NCBI GenBank assembly: GCA_965113315.1
Contig: OZ220370.1
Reading direction: 5' to 3' (one strand)
DNA: 64,000 bases
DNA from: Podarcis vaucheri
Taxonomy: Eukaryota
Shown: positions 50,121-61,976 of the stretch, piece after piece
Position numbering within the stretch: position 1 is the first letter of the stretch
Layout of the letters: each line of letters begins with the position of its first letter
Position numbers and translations under genes: made by a program
The notes under the pieces: generated by a model
What the model saw: only the letters and a program-made list of their open reading frames with translations
What the model was told of the DNA's origin: nothing
The model's database searches: none

Positions 50121-53100
50121 AACATTTTAAAGCCACCTTGTTTGGTAGCCAACACGTTGCATTGGTAGTCAGCAAGCTGCATAGATTACGTGCTATTTCA
50201 CAATTCAGAACTCGAGAATCTCAGTATACTGTTCAAGTTGCAGGAAAATTCAGAAGGCTGGCACAGCTTCTGGTCAGCATAATGGCCACAATGTCTACAA
50301 TAGGGTTAATTTCAAGCATTTGGTGGCACACAGAGAGGCATGGGTACCAGAACATGGTTCAACGTGATGCCCCCATCTCTTCTAATTTCAGCACTGAACG
50401 TGCCATCGGCATGGCATGCCAGCCCAATAACTGGAAACTAAAAGTTCCTGCATTGAAATACAACTGAATGACGATGTGCACTGCACAATAAAGACTTGAT
50501 TTGAAAAGAGATTGAATCCACTGGTATACATCTTACACTCTAGATGTGCAATTGAATCTCCTGGCAATTTTTCGAATCCTAAGAAGGAACCGTGTGTGTT
50601 TCCTCCCCTTTGGCTGGGAAAAGGAAGAAGCGTTTTGGAAGGGTGTACTAAATCCTATTTTTACTGATTGAAGTCTCCCACCTACCCAAGCTGCTATTGG
50701 TTCAGCAGTGGAAAAAAGACAAATGCAATAAAGGGACATGTTGTTTTTTCCTGAGCAGGGCTAATACCAGCTTCAAGCAGGGAGAGATTGTGATTGGGAA
50801 AGGGATTCGAAGGGAAGAATTAGTTTAAGCACCCCTCATTCAGCACCCTTTTAATTTTTAAGAAAAGTCATAAGATCTGGTACCGGATTTCCCACATCAC
50901 GTTTATTTTGTCCTAGAGTATCTTTGTATTTATGTACTGCTTCAGCTGTGTTTATGTCACACACAAACATACAGGAGGATAATCTCTAATGAAACAATTT
51001 GCACACTTTTATCTTCCCCTGCAAGGGAAACCAAGTAAATTGCTAAAACACTGAGCACTGGACACTAGATTTAAGCCTTCATCCCAAGGTGCCTGGTTTC
51101 TTTAATGAATGAAAATAATTGGCCAGCCACCGTGCCATTAATTAGTACCCCAGTGCATTTCATTCTTGCCATCTTAATGTATTTTTCAGGTTCCGCTGGA
51201 TACCATTAAATTATCCTTTCAAAAGAAAATTAAAACTCCATTTTCAATGGATTATTATGACTATGTATCATAAACCAGGTGACATCTACTGAGATAATTA
51301 CTCATTCTCCAAAGAGGTTAGAGCAAATCATAGCCATCCTGGGACCATGAGCTCATCTTCATGTCTGTCTTTCTAATTAGTAACACAAACAGCTCCTCAC
51401 CTCTCCAGCCTCCCATGAGGTCCACTTGCTAACAGAGTGGAAGAAACATTCTGTAAACACACAAGCTGGATTCTTCACAATGGCTATTAATTCATTTAGT
51501 TGGGAACAACGTTCCTATTGATTGCTGTGAATCCTGCTTCCATAATTAGGTTTATATTTTATTAAAGCTACAAGAAGTACAGAGTAATAATCTGGGACCA
51601 CATACTAGAGTAGGACTGAGAAACATGAGGCCCTCTAGAAGTTGTTGGACTCCATCTCCCATCAGCCCCACCCAATGTGGCCAATGATCAAAGAGAATAG
51701 AAGCTGTAGTCCAGAAATATCTCGAGGGCTACAGGTTGCCTGACTCTGCTATATGAGAGAAAAACCACCACTAACCCCAAGTTGAAGAAACCAAGGATTG
51801 CACTTTAAGTTGTGTTCATTCTGGAACTCTAAAGCACATTCTTTCCCTCAAAGAATTCTGGCCACTGTAGTTTACTCCTCACAGAATTACAATCCCCAGC
51901 AGCCCTTAACAAACTACAGCGCCCAGAATTCTTTGATGAAAAGAACAGGCTTCAAATAGGCTTTTAAGATATTGTGTGTGCACAGCCACATTGTGGGAGA
52001 ACAACATGCATATCTTTCATAAAACCCGTAGGAAACAATCTGAAATGACCATGCGTTCCTGTAGGTGGCCTTGCTCATGTTTGCAATGGGTTGTCCCTCC
52101 CCATTCAAGGGCTGTGTGAGCTACCATGTGGTACAGGTGGTGGTGGGAGAGAATTATATACAAACACAAACTGCACATGAAGAATGTTAAGGAATGGTGG
52201 AGCTGTGCCTCTTGTTATCTGTGGTGTCACAGGCACTCTCCAAGACCACCACAGCAATCTCAATGGCAATGAAGGCTAGGAATCTCATTTTAACTTAACA
52301 CCCATGCCGGTTTTGCATGGATGCCTGGAAAATGAGATTTCCTAATATCTAACAGCACAACTAGAGGGGAAAGGGTATCCTGTCCCTGAAAGTGTTACAA
52401 GTGCATCATCATTTCCTACAAAAGGAAGAAGAAAAAATAATACTGGTGCTGCTGACAACTGGAATCTTTCCACACAAGGAGAAATGTATCTGCGGCATCC
52501 ATTTCTAAGGGTAGCTTGAGGACTTGATTACTTTGAGGGATGTGCCTAGATGGACTCTTTGACCTCCTCCTTCCCTTGTGGTCAGCTGTCCCCCCATTTC
52601 TGTTTTAGGCATTTTTTTTCAGATATAAAAGGTTGTAAGCCACAGAGCAACATGCTCAGATTTGAGTCTGGAGGCTACAGAAGCTTTCCTCTTGTCCCCT
52701 AGCAGTGTGTGCCAGTCAGTAAACTTGAACTGTTCTGGACAGCTGTGTAGAGAGTGAGAAATCATAAGTGCTTTGGAAAACATTCGTCCTTGCTTGTAGG
52801 TCTCCTGTTTGTGATGCAGCTGGTCCAAATTAGCTCTGAGAAGATGTTGTGCAGCTGTTTCTCTGAAGCATCACCACCAGGCAAATGGCATCACAGCCCA
52901 ACGTTTTCCTGATCTCTGTAACTTGTTTTGTCCCTACCCTGTCATGTTTCATCTCTATACACATTAAGTCTTTATTTTAAAGTGTTGTCCCTGGGCATGT
53001 GCTCAGAAGTTTACAGGGACAACTTACCACACCATGAAATGCCCTTTTCCCTCCCACTTTCCAGTTGGCCCCTAAAGAGTTGCCAAGAGAAGTTTCTTGT

Positions 53101-53399
53101 TTCTTGTGGCAACTTAGTGTTTTCCTGTCTTTTCTCCATACGAAAGGTTCACCCTTTGGGAACAGATGATTCCATCCAAGTTCAAGGCCAGCTTCTGCAG
53201 GGAATGATAGCTATGCCCCGTTGACATATATGGAAAATGTGTTTCCTTGTCATTGATGCTGTTAGGATTTTATGCTAGCTAGAATTTACTTGCACAAAAT
53301 AAACAACTTGCCAAGGAATATATAAGAAGAACCATTTTTTCCAGTCTCAGGATAGGGTGCTGTTTGGTGCCCAGGGAACATGCCTCCATTTTTAGATCA

Positions 53400-54017
53400 A
53401 GGGCTGGTGCTAAACTGGTGTTTGGAGGCAGTGGTGGGAGGGATGTGGGTTATTAAAGTGAAGCTGAATTCTGAAAAGAAAGTTGTGTTACATATTCCAA
53501 GTTCTTCCAGACTGGATTACTCCAATGCACTATATACTGCCCTCAGAGAGGACTTGGAAACTTCAACTGGTCCAAAATGCAGCAGCCAGATTACTGGCTG
53601 GGGTTTCATTTACAACTCATATAACTCCTGTTTTAAAGCAGTTGTATTGAATGCCAGTTTGTTTCTGGGTCCAGTTTAAGCTGCCTACCCTAGTGTTTAA
53701 GCCCTAAATGACTTAGGCCCTGACTATCTGAAAAACAACTTCCTTTCCTACAGGCCGACTCTCAGGCGTTAAGACCAACAGAGGGGGCCCCTCTTGGTAA
53801 TTCCACCACCTTCAGAGGTTCAGGGAGTGGCAGCCTGGGAGAGGACATTTTCTGTGGCAGCCCCTAAATTGTGGAATTCCCTTCCAACAGAAGTGTGTCT
53901 GGCAATTTCACTGTGCAGTTTCCACCATATGTTGAAGACACACCTCTTTATCTGGGATTTTAACATCTCAGATATACAGGTAACCCCCCATTTTAGGAGT
54001 GATTGACATGTGCACAG

Positions 54018-54050
<33 letters not shown>

Positions 54051-54290
54051 GCCAAACCCAGAAATGTAATAAAATATGTCATTAAATGGGTGGGGCGGGA
54101 GCAGGGCAGAGCAGGAATGAAACAGGATGGAATGGGGTGTTACAATGGCACGTGATTTCATGCAAGAACACAATGACCTGGAATGCAAGCCCCATGCAGA
54201 TAAGGGGTTGCCTGTAATTTGTTTTAAACGGTTTTTAATATTGCATTTTTAAATTGCTGAAATCTGCCCAGGGACCCAGTATTATAATGA
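53400..54290 (+). mobile_element. Old L2 3' fragment, interrupted by a MITE
   Basis: SRLDYSNALY and FSVAAPKLWNSLP...LKTHLF motifs. Confidence 0.75.
53977..54214. mobile_element. Tigger-like MITE containing a (CA)n tract
   Basis: TA on both sides; TIRs CAGGTAACCCC / GGGGTTGCCTG. Confidence 0.65.
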
Positions 54291-54521
54291 TCACAATCAT
54301 TGTATCTTAACCTTTAAAAACAGGGGCGTGAACAGCATACACATACACCCTCAATTTGATTTCTTGGAATAAGGCATGATCTGATGTTGTTGCTGTAACA
54401 TTTAATTCACCACTCAGATGAGCACTTTCTCATCCATATACAGAGAGTCCTCAGTTAAGCATCTCCAAGGTCACAAGACTGGAAATGATGCAAATCCTGG
54501 ATAGAGCAGAGTAGACTTATG

Positions 54522-56831
54522 ATAATAATAATAAATAATAATAAATTTTATTTATATCCCGCCCTCCCCAGCCGAAGCCGGGCTCAGGGCGGCTAACAAC
54601 AATCAAATAAACAATCAAATAATCATACATTCTAAAAATATTTCATTATAAAATTAGTTAAAATCAAATTGATGGCAACCGATTAAGCAAGATTTTGTGC
54701 AGGTTGCCAGAGGAGGGGGTCAGGCTGCGCCCTGACCAAAGGCCTGGCGGAACAACTCTGTCTTGCAGGCCCTGCGGAAAGATGTCAGGTCCCGCAGGGC
54801 CCTAGTCTCTTGTGACAGAGCATTCCACCAGGTTGGAGCCGCAGCCGAGAAGGCCCTGGCTCTAGTTGAGGCCAGCCTAACCTCTCTGAGGCCTGGGACC
54901 TTGAGGATGTTATTATTTGCTGACCGTAGGTTTCTCTGTGGGACATACCAGGAGAGGCGGTCCCGTAGGTACGAGGGTCCTAGGCCGTATAGGGCTTTAA
55001 AGGTTAAAACCAGCACCTTAAACCTGATCCTGTACTCCACCGGGAGCCAGTGCAGCTGGTATAATACTGGATGAATGTGCTCTCGCAGCGAAGACCCCAT
55101 AAGGAGTCTCGCCGCGGCATTCTGCACCCGCTGGAGTTTCTGGGTCAGTCTCAAGGGCAGCCCCACGTAGAGCGAGTTACAATAATCCAGTCTGGAGGTG
55201 ACCATCGCATGGATCACAGTGGCTAGGTCAGGACGAGAGAGATAAGGGGCCAACTGCTTAGCTTGGCGGAGATGAAAAAATGCCGCCTTTGTTATAGCTG
55301 TAATCTGCGCCTCCATAGAGAGGGAGGTATCGAAGATTACACCCAAACTCTTAACGGCCGGTGCTGGCACTAATTGCACCCCCGCAAGAGATGGGAGTTG
55401 CCCCCTCAATCCCATATCGTCCCGCCCCAGCCAGAGGACCTCCGTCTTCGAAGGATTTAACTTCAACCGGCTCCCACGTAACCATCCAGCCACAGCTTCC
55501 AGACATCTGGTCAGTGTGTCTGGGGCCGAGTCAGGATGGCCATCCATCAACAGATAGAGTTGGGTGTCATCGGCATACTGATGGCAACCCAGCCCAAAAT
55601 TCCTGACAAGCTGGGCGAGGGGGCGCATAAAGATGTTAAAAAGCATCGGGGAGAGAATTGCACCCTGAGGCACTCCACACACCAAGGAGTGGCGTGATGA
55701 CAATTCCCCCCCAAGCGCCACCCTCTGTCCCCAACCAGAGAGAAACGAGCGCAGCCATTGAAGGACTGTGCCCTGGATCCCCACGTCGGCAAGGCGGTGG
55801 TCCAGGAGTTCGTGATCGACCATGTCAAAGGCTGCTGACAGATCTAGAAGAATCAGCAGCCCCGACCCGCCTCGATCCAGCTGCCTGCGGAGATCATCTG
55901 TTAGGGCGACCAGAGCCGTCTCGGTCCCATGACCAGCGCGGAAGCCGGACTGGAATGGATCCAAAGCCGATGTTTCATCCAGAAACCTATCAAGCTGTTC
56001 AGCAACCGCTCTCTCAATCACCTTACCCAGGAATGGAAGATTAGAGACCGGGCGGTAATTGGATAGATCTGAGGGATCTAATGATGTTTTCTTTAAGAGC
56101 GGACGCACCACCGCCTCCTTCAGTTCCCCTGGGAATATCCCGGTGCCAAGGGACAAATTGATGATATCCCCCAGGGGGCCCCGCACCTCGTCTGGACACG
56201 CTCTAATCAGCCAGGACGGGCACGGGTCAAGAGGACAGGTGGTGGGCTTTCCAGCTTGGAGGAATCTGTCCACATCGGCTGGAGATATCCGGTCAAAGTG
56301 GTCCAATACTGGACCAGAGGACAGTCGAGGGGCCTCCAGTTCCTTTATTGTATCCAAATTGGCAGGGAGGTCATGGCGGAGCAACAGGACCTTCTCCGCA
56401 AAAAAGCTCGCAAATGCCTCACAGCTGTGTGTCAAATTGTTGTTTAAATTTGGCTGTCCTTCAAGGGACGTTAAAGACCGAATTATATTAAATAATTGTG
56501 CCGGGCGAGAGCTAGCGGATGCAATGGAGGCCGAGAAGTAAGATTTCTTAGCGGCCTTCACTGCCATCTCATAGGTTTTCATAAAAACCCTATAAGATGT
56601 TCTTGAGGCTCCGTCACGGGCACCCCGCCATACTCGCTCTAGCCGTCTGAGGTCCCGCTTCATTTTCCGAAGCTCCTCGGTAAACCAGGGAGCCCGGTTT
56701 CTGCGGGGTCGCAGAGGGCGCTTAGGTGCGATCTCATCGATGGCTGCCAGGAGCTGGGTATTCCAGCCCTCAACAAGCTCAGTCAATGAGTCGCCAGGGG
56801 GAGTAAGGTCCCGCAAGGCTTGACGGAATCT
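54522..56831 (-). mobile_element. Young 5'-truncated L2-clade LINE
   Basis: Uninterrupted RT ORF, 3'UTR with stem-loop, (TTA)n tail at 54522-54545; CpG-rich relative to flanks. Confidence 0.95.
54720..56816 (-). CDS. L2 ORF2 reverse transcriptase (698 aa, lacks N-terminal AP-endonuclease; no genuine start codon)
   Basis: NYRPVSNLPFLGK, QSGFR..H.TETAL, LDLSAAFD, GVPQG.ILSP, YADD, LKLNPSKTE and LHWLPV motifs. Confidence 0.9.
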   Translation of the reverse strand: MRDLTPPGDSLTELVEGWNTQLLAAIDEIAPKRPLRPRRNRAPWFTEELRKMKRDLRRLERVWRGARDGASRTSYRVFMKTYEMAVKAAKKSYFSASIASASSRPAQLFNIIRSLTSLEGQPNLNNNLTHSCEAFASFFAEKVLLLRHDLPANLDTIKELEAPRLSSGPVLDHFDRISPADVDRFLQAGKPTTCPLDPCPSWLIRACPDEVRGPLGDIINLSLGTGIFPGELKEAVVRPLLKKTSLDPSDLSNYRPVSNLPFLGKVIERAVAEQLDRFLDETSALDPFQSGFRAGHGTETALVALTDDLRRQLDRGGSGLLILLDLSAAFDMVDHELLDHRLADVGIQGTVLQWLRSFLSGWGQRVALGGELSSRHSLVCGVPQGAILSPMLFNIFMRPLAQLVRNFGLGCHQYADDTQLYLLMDGHPDSAPDTLTRCLEAVAGWLRGSRLKLNPSKTEVLWLGRDDMGLRGQLPSLAGVQLVPAPAVKSLGVIFDTSLSMEAQITAITKAAFFHLRQAKQLAPYLSRPDLATVIHAMVTSRLDYCNSLYVGLPLRLTQKLQRVQNAAARLLMGSSLREHIHPVLYQLHWLPVEYRIRFKVLVLTFKALYGLGPSYLRDRLSWYVPQRNLRSANNNILKVPGLREVRLASTRARAFSAAAPTWWNALSQETRALRDLTSFRRACKTELFRQAFGQGAA

Positions 56832-57429
56832 GAATTAACAAAGGATTTTTGAGAAAACCAAATGAACCTTGAGTAAGCCTCACCTCCACAGATTAACAAA
56901 AGTGACCCTTTTGACAAATAGCAGTTCACATAACATGCACAGAATAGCTGGACTTCGCTGAAGCATAAAGAGAAAAGGGGGCACATGCCTTATATGTACA
57001 ACAATGGTACAATATTTAAACATTCGATAAATTCATGTTCCCCCAAGAGAGGCAGGATGTAACACAGTAGAATTAAGGACCTACAAATCCCACTGATTTC
57101 TCTGAGGTATTAACTGAGCTTAGCTGTGCAATGGATCGAAGACCACTGTAGAGTTTGAGAAGGCACAATGAAAAGGCAAATATTTGGGCAGTGGATAACC
57201 TTCCTTGTGGACAACTGCAATAGGAAGGATAGTATCGAAAGCAGACTTGAGATGATCCCCGAGATGACATGGAAGAAATTGTGCACTCAAAATACAATAA
57301 TGCAGGGTCATCTCAGTAAAATGGTAGGTAGCAAGTTTATGGCAGAGAAGAGTGGTCTTCCTAGGATACCTTAATTCAACATTTATCTATCTGGTGCACT
57401 CCAGATATTTTGGACTACACCGACTATCA

Positions 57430-57615
57430 CCAAAGGGTTGAGACCCATCAGCTAGCCTCACCTGGTTTAGCCAGCCAGTCGAAGCTATTTCCCGGGATGT
57501 GGCTGCTGTTACATGCTGACTGCTTCTAGGAGCCACAGGTAGAGCTGAGTGCATGGTGGGGACCAATGGTGGACAAACTACCCTCTCCAGAGGGACTATC
57601 CCTCCCCTAGTACCC
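57430..57615 (-). mobile_element. Repeat fragment resembling an RTE-type LINE 5' region
   Basis: rc ...cttcgactggctggctaaaccaggtgaggctagctgatgggtctcaaccc; recognition from memory only. Confidence 0.35.
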
Positions 57616-58059
57616 AAACAACTCACTTGGCAATCAGAGGTCTGACTTCACTCATTGGAAAATGTAAATTTTACCTTTGTGCAGCAGCTCAGTTTCTGCT
57701 GACCTATGTATCCACACAACCCTATGTATCCTCTCTAGACAATCAAGGGGCATTATCAGAGTCCAAGGGCACATTCCAGCCAGGTACACTCAGAGTGTGA
57801 AACTAAGAGCAAAGAGTTTTGAGGGCTAGAGAGGCTCCGAAGGCAACACACAATCCCCAGGCCTGAGGTTCACCCATCCCTGCCTTAAAGAGCCTAAAGT
57901 TTCCATCACGAACCCCTTTGGAATATTATTCCAACCCACAACGTGCAACTATTCATTCCTTATCAAAATGACATTTATTCATCATGACACCTAATTGTCA
58001 GCGTTCATATCTGATCTCTTTATAACATTTTAAATGCATTTCAAGAAGAAAATGCAGGG

Positions 58060-58090
58060 ATGAATCAAAACAGACAATAGTTTATTTACA
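58060..58090 (-). terminator. Candidate distal polyadenylation signal of AQP4
   Basis: Minus strand TGTAAATAAA ctattgtctgttttgattCA: AATAAA, a CA about 20 nt downstream, then U-rich sequence (ttttcttctt). Confidence 0.5.
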
Positions 58091-59855
58091 AGACATAACC
58101 ATAAAGAATACAGCAGAAGAGAAGAGGAACAAGATAAAATTCTATTGTTGACAGTAGGACATCTTAAGTAGATTATTCCAAATGTTACACATTTTGATTT
58201 ATAATACTATTATCATATCAGTTCTGATAAGGTTGAATGAACTTGTAATATTTTTTTTAAATGGCCATATGTTTAGTATGTTTACTAGTTTAGCCCTTAT
58301 CATTGGTCCTACAAGTGATAGATTATCCTTCGTGCAGCTCTTAATAGGCTTTTATAAATTGGATTCTGGATATGCACCTGAGATTTCAGAATGAAATATT
58401 TTGTGACACCTCGTTTTATTTATTACAGCTTTCCACATTCACGATGAAGATTCTTTTGATTCTTCAGTTGCGGAGTGAGAAGCAGAAGACAATGCTTCCC
58501 CTACTTAATCCACATGCTCCCAAAACTAGCAAAGGAAATTGGCATGCTTTCTCCAAACAGATAACATTCCAAGTAAAATTGCTGCCTTTTGTACCAAACA
58601 TTTCAACTGAAACATATGCAAATGATTATGGCAATTAACTTTGTAGGGAATTGCTGTATAAGAACGGCAAAAAATAAAAACAAGAACATTACAAAGGTGA
58701 TGTTCATGCTGCCATTTCTGCTAGAACCACACTAGAAACTGTGTGTACAACTATACACAATTTATTTCCCCCCCACACACAACCAAGTTCTTAGGGTACT
58801 TTCAGCATCCAAATTTCAAATTATTTGGAGGATTTTTTATTTTAAGGCAGAAAAGCTAGGAGAAAGGCAGCTGTGAGTATAAAGCATCTCTTTCAGAATA
58901 ATTTCTACAATTTCATGCTGGCCTGGTATGGTACACAAAGTGGGATAAACTATCAGGTCTTTCTGTTGATGAGGGTATGTGAAGCTGTAGCAGTCTCTAA
59001 ATGATTTGCTTTGCATCTAGTGCTTGCTATGAACAACTTGGCAACAACACTCTCTCAAATATGAGACTCACATGTTACATCAGTTTGTAAGACATCTTAA
59101 TAAGCCACTGAAATAGCCTCTAAGTGTATCACAGTCAGTGAGTTAACAAAATGTAAATTATAAACATGCATTGATGAAACATTACCAAAATACAAATTTA
59201 AAACAAAAAGGCTTAGGAGAGAAAGTACAGTCATATGTTTATGAAGTGGAGCTGCAGTGTATAACCAAAGAGTAACTGTTACACCAGTGCAAAACATGTT
59301 GAGAAATACAACCAAGGACACATCACTAGTGAAATGAAAATTCTGTATCTACTTCCAGGATTCTATATTACATTGGCTGAGGAATCTTTCTGACTTTTAA
59401 GGTTGTGAAAGACACCAAGGGTTCACATATTGAGCATTGGCAAGAGAGATATTGTAAACTTTGAAATTACAGAGATTCCACCTGGAAATGGTGACTAAAA
59501 AGGTATTGGTTTGATCTCTCTCTTGAACAAGATAAGGAAAAACGTTCTACGTCAAAATCACAAGACACTTGATCTTGAACCAGTAATTTGCTCTTGAGTA
59601 ATGAGCTCCAATGTTGTCCACAGAACTTCCCTAGACATTTTCATTGAGAGTTCCGTCCACATCTCTTTCTGTTTGCTGAGGTGCTGCACCACAGATGAAT
59701 GGAACAGCTCTAGGTGTGCGTTGGGACACACATGGACATCTTGATTGAGGTAATAATTCATTGCCTCATCTATTCACGTATCAACTTAATTGTACGTTAC
59801 CTTATGACCATCAGATGGCTTGCAATGCTTACAAAATACACAGTAGTTTATTTTC

Positions 59856-59980
59856 TAAGAACAAAATAAGAGTCTGCTGGATCAGGCCAATGACCCATGT
59901 GGTCCAGCATCCTGTTCTCACCAGACTGTTTAGATGCCTATGGGAAGCCATCAAGAGGGATCTGAGTGCAGCAGCACTCA
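59856..59980 (-). mobile_element. CR1 3'-end fragment inside the inferred AQP4 3'UTR
   Basis: taagaac...ataagagtctgctggatcaggccaatg...tccagcatcctgttctcac is the reverse complement of the CR1 3' ends elsewhere in the window. Confidence 0.7.
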
Positions 59981-61976
59981 TCAGGGCATTAGTATCTTTC
60001 TTCATATGGTCTCCCTTTGGCAGACCTGGCGAATTTTACTGCACAATATGATGTCTTTTTACTCAGAAGTTCCACTAAACCCAACAAGCCTTACTCCTTA
60101 GGAAGTAACTTGGTTTGCTTAGGATCACAGCCCTAGTTGAATTTCTTTGTTTTGGCTTTGCTATACTCTCAGTTCTTTCCTTTTTTGTGCAGTGCATTTG
60201 GTGCTGCTTCACACTGGGCAGTTTTGTTAGATGGGTGTTGCTTCTTCTATGGAGGAAGAAGTGTATATTTCTTTGATCACGTCGTGTTTCTTGTGCATAA
60301 GATTATCTATGTACTTCTCCCTACTTAGAAATATTCACCACTAGTATAGTGTCCTTTTTCTACAAGACCAGGTGTTCTCAGGGTGGTTTTGTACATTCAC
60401 CACATTTCACCACCAAAAACCTTAATAGGAATGGATGAGTTCCATACAAAGAACCTCAGCTATAGCAAATTTCAGTTCTGGCTACATTCAGAGAAAGTGT
60501 AAACGTTACTCCTTTTTGACCAAAAGCATTTGAAGTTTATAAAAGGCAAACTCACCATTCAGCAGCACAACATCACACAAAGTTGCAAGCTATTCCATGC
60601 TCTGGCTTCTTGATGCATTGAAAATCACAGTTGCTATTTAACTGTTTCATTGATATTATAACTGCATGGAGATCATGCAACAATTGCACACATCTCTGTG
60701 ACAATGGCTTTCTGGCCTATGTACACTGAGTGCAAGCACTGGAACAAACATGTCTGCGACTGTCACATGTGGAAATCTACGTGCAGTTTGCCTAGATGTA
60801 GAGCTTTTTATATAGGAAATGCATTGTGTTTGACGCAGCTCTAAAACAAATCTTTTTAGCAACAGAGTATTCAAAGCAAAGCATCAGTCACCAAAGCATT
60901 TCCCAGCAGTATTTTAAATAATTATGAAAAACCTGCTTGTTATGCTTTTTTTTAAAAAAATCACACTGTGAGCAAAATAGTTACACATTTTTAACATTTC
61001 AGTTATATAAAATTGGCACAGTAACATTTTATTTGTTTGAATAAGTGCACTGAAAACAGAACAGCCTTCAACTTCTTTTTGATACCTGCGTATTTTTATT
61101 TGACATGATCCACCCAAAGTTAACCACTGTTAAGTCCCACTGATGTCACTGGGAAAGTTAAGCTGTGTATAAATGCCTCCTGGTAAAAGGATCTGGAATT
61201 CACAGGGCTTAACTTTGGCTGGAATGCACACATTACAAGATGGCGTATAATACAGACTTATTTTGTTCATTGTATGTCTTCAACAGTTCTGGCAATAGTA
61301 TGTCATGAGAACGTTTTTGTGGAAGGACAACTCAATGTGGGGGACATTTTAAAGATTATGAGTCAAAAGGAGAGGACTTCCTTTTTTGTGGAAGTATAAA
61401 ATGTATGAGTATGTAGTAGATATAAAATGGCAAATGGCAATTCTTGTTTTTTTGTTTTGTTTTGTTTTGTTTAAATGTCTTCTCCCAAATGTAGCATGGA
61501 AGGATTAAAAATAACAGGAGGAATGAGGCTTTTGCAAGCATTTGTTGTATCCTGCATGTTGGCTCTGCTTTCACTGAACCTGCCATAGACTTTGTCATTA
61601 AAATTCTAATCAGGATTGACAACAGCCAATTAAGTGTCAGAAGAACAATCTGATAGACACTTCTTTCTGTGTCTATAGGCATTTTTTGATAAGTTTCATC
61701 TGTCAATCTGATTGACGAAGATTGCTATTTCCTGCTCATATCTGCTTGCGTTAAAACCAATGCCTCTTTCAAAATTCACTCAGAAAGCAGAGAGGGAATA
61801 AAAGGATTCCCTTATGGGTATTGCCAAAAGGACATTTATGAATTTGGAATAATCTATGAGGATCCCTCAACACAGTTAGCTGCTACCATGTCAACAGAAT
61901 GGGAGTCTGGTCTGATTAAACAGCTAATTCACTGCTGCCATTTTCCTACAATTTTATGATGTCGCAGGTGGCTAAT

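Larger units (their letters stand above)
58060..61976 (-). other. AQP4: Probable long AQP4 3'UTR
   Basis: AT-rich, relatively repeat-poor stretch downstream of the stop. AATAAA on the minus strand at 61095-61100, 61028-61033, 58836-58841, 58415-58420 and 58081-58086. The 3' end is inferred, not observed. Confidence 0.55.

Noticed and set aside
49994-50467. 157-aa ORF as a novel gene (likewise 23504-23965, 27946-28368, 49339-49806)
   Set aside because: No recognisable domain or exon structure; some overlap repeat relics; such lengths are expected by chance in 64 kb.
54763-56541. Plus-strand ORFs of 60-160 aa overlapping the L2
   Set aside because: Antisense shadows of a GC-rich RT coding sequence with no independent protein features.
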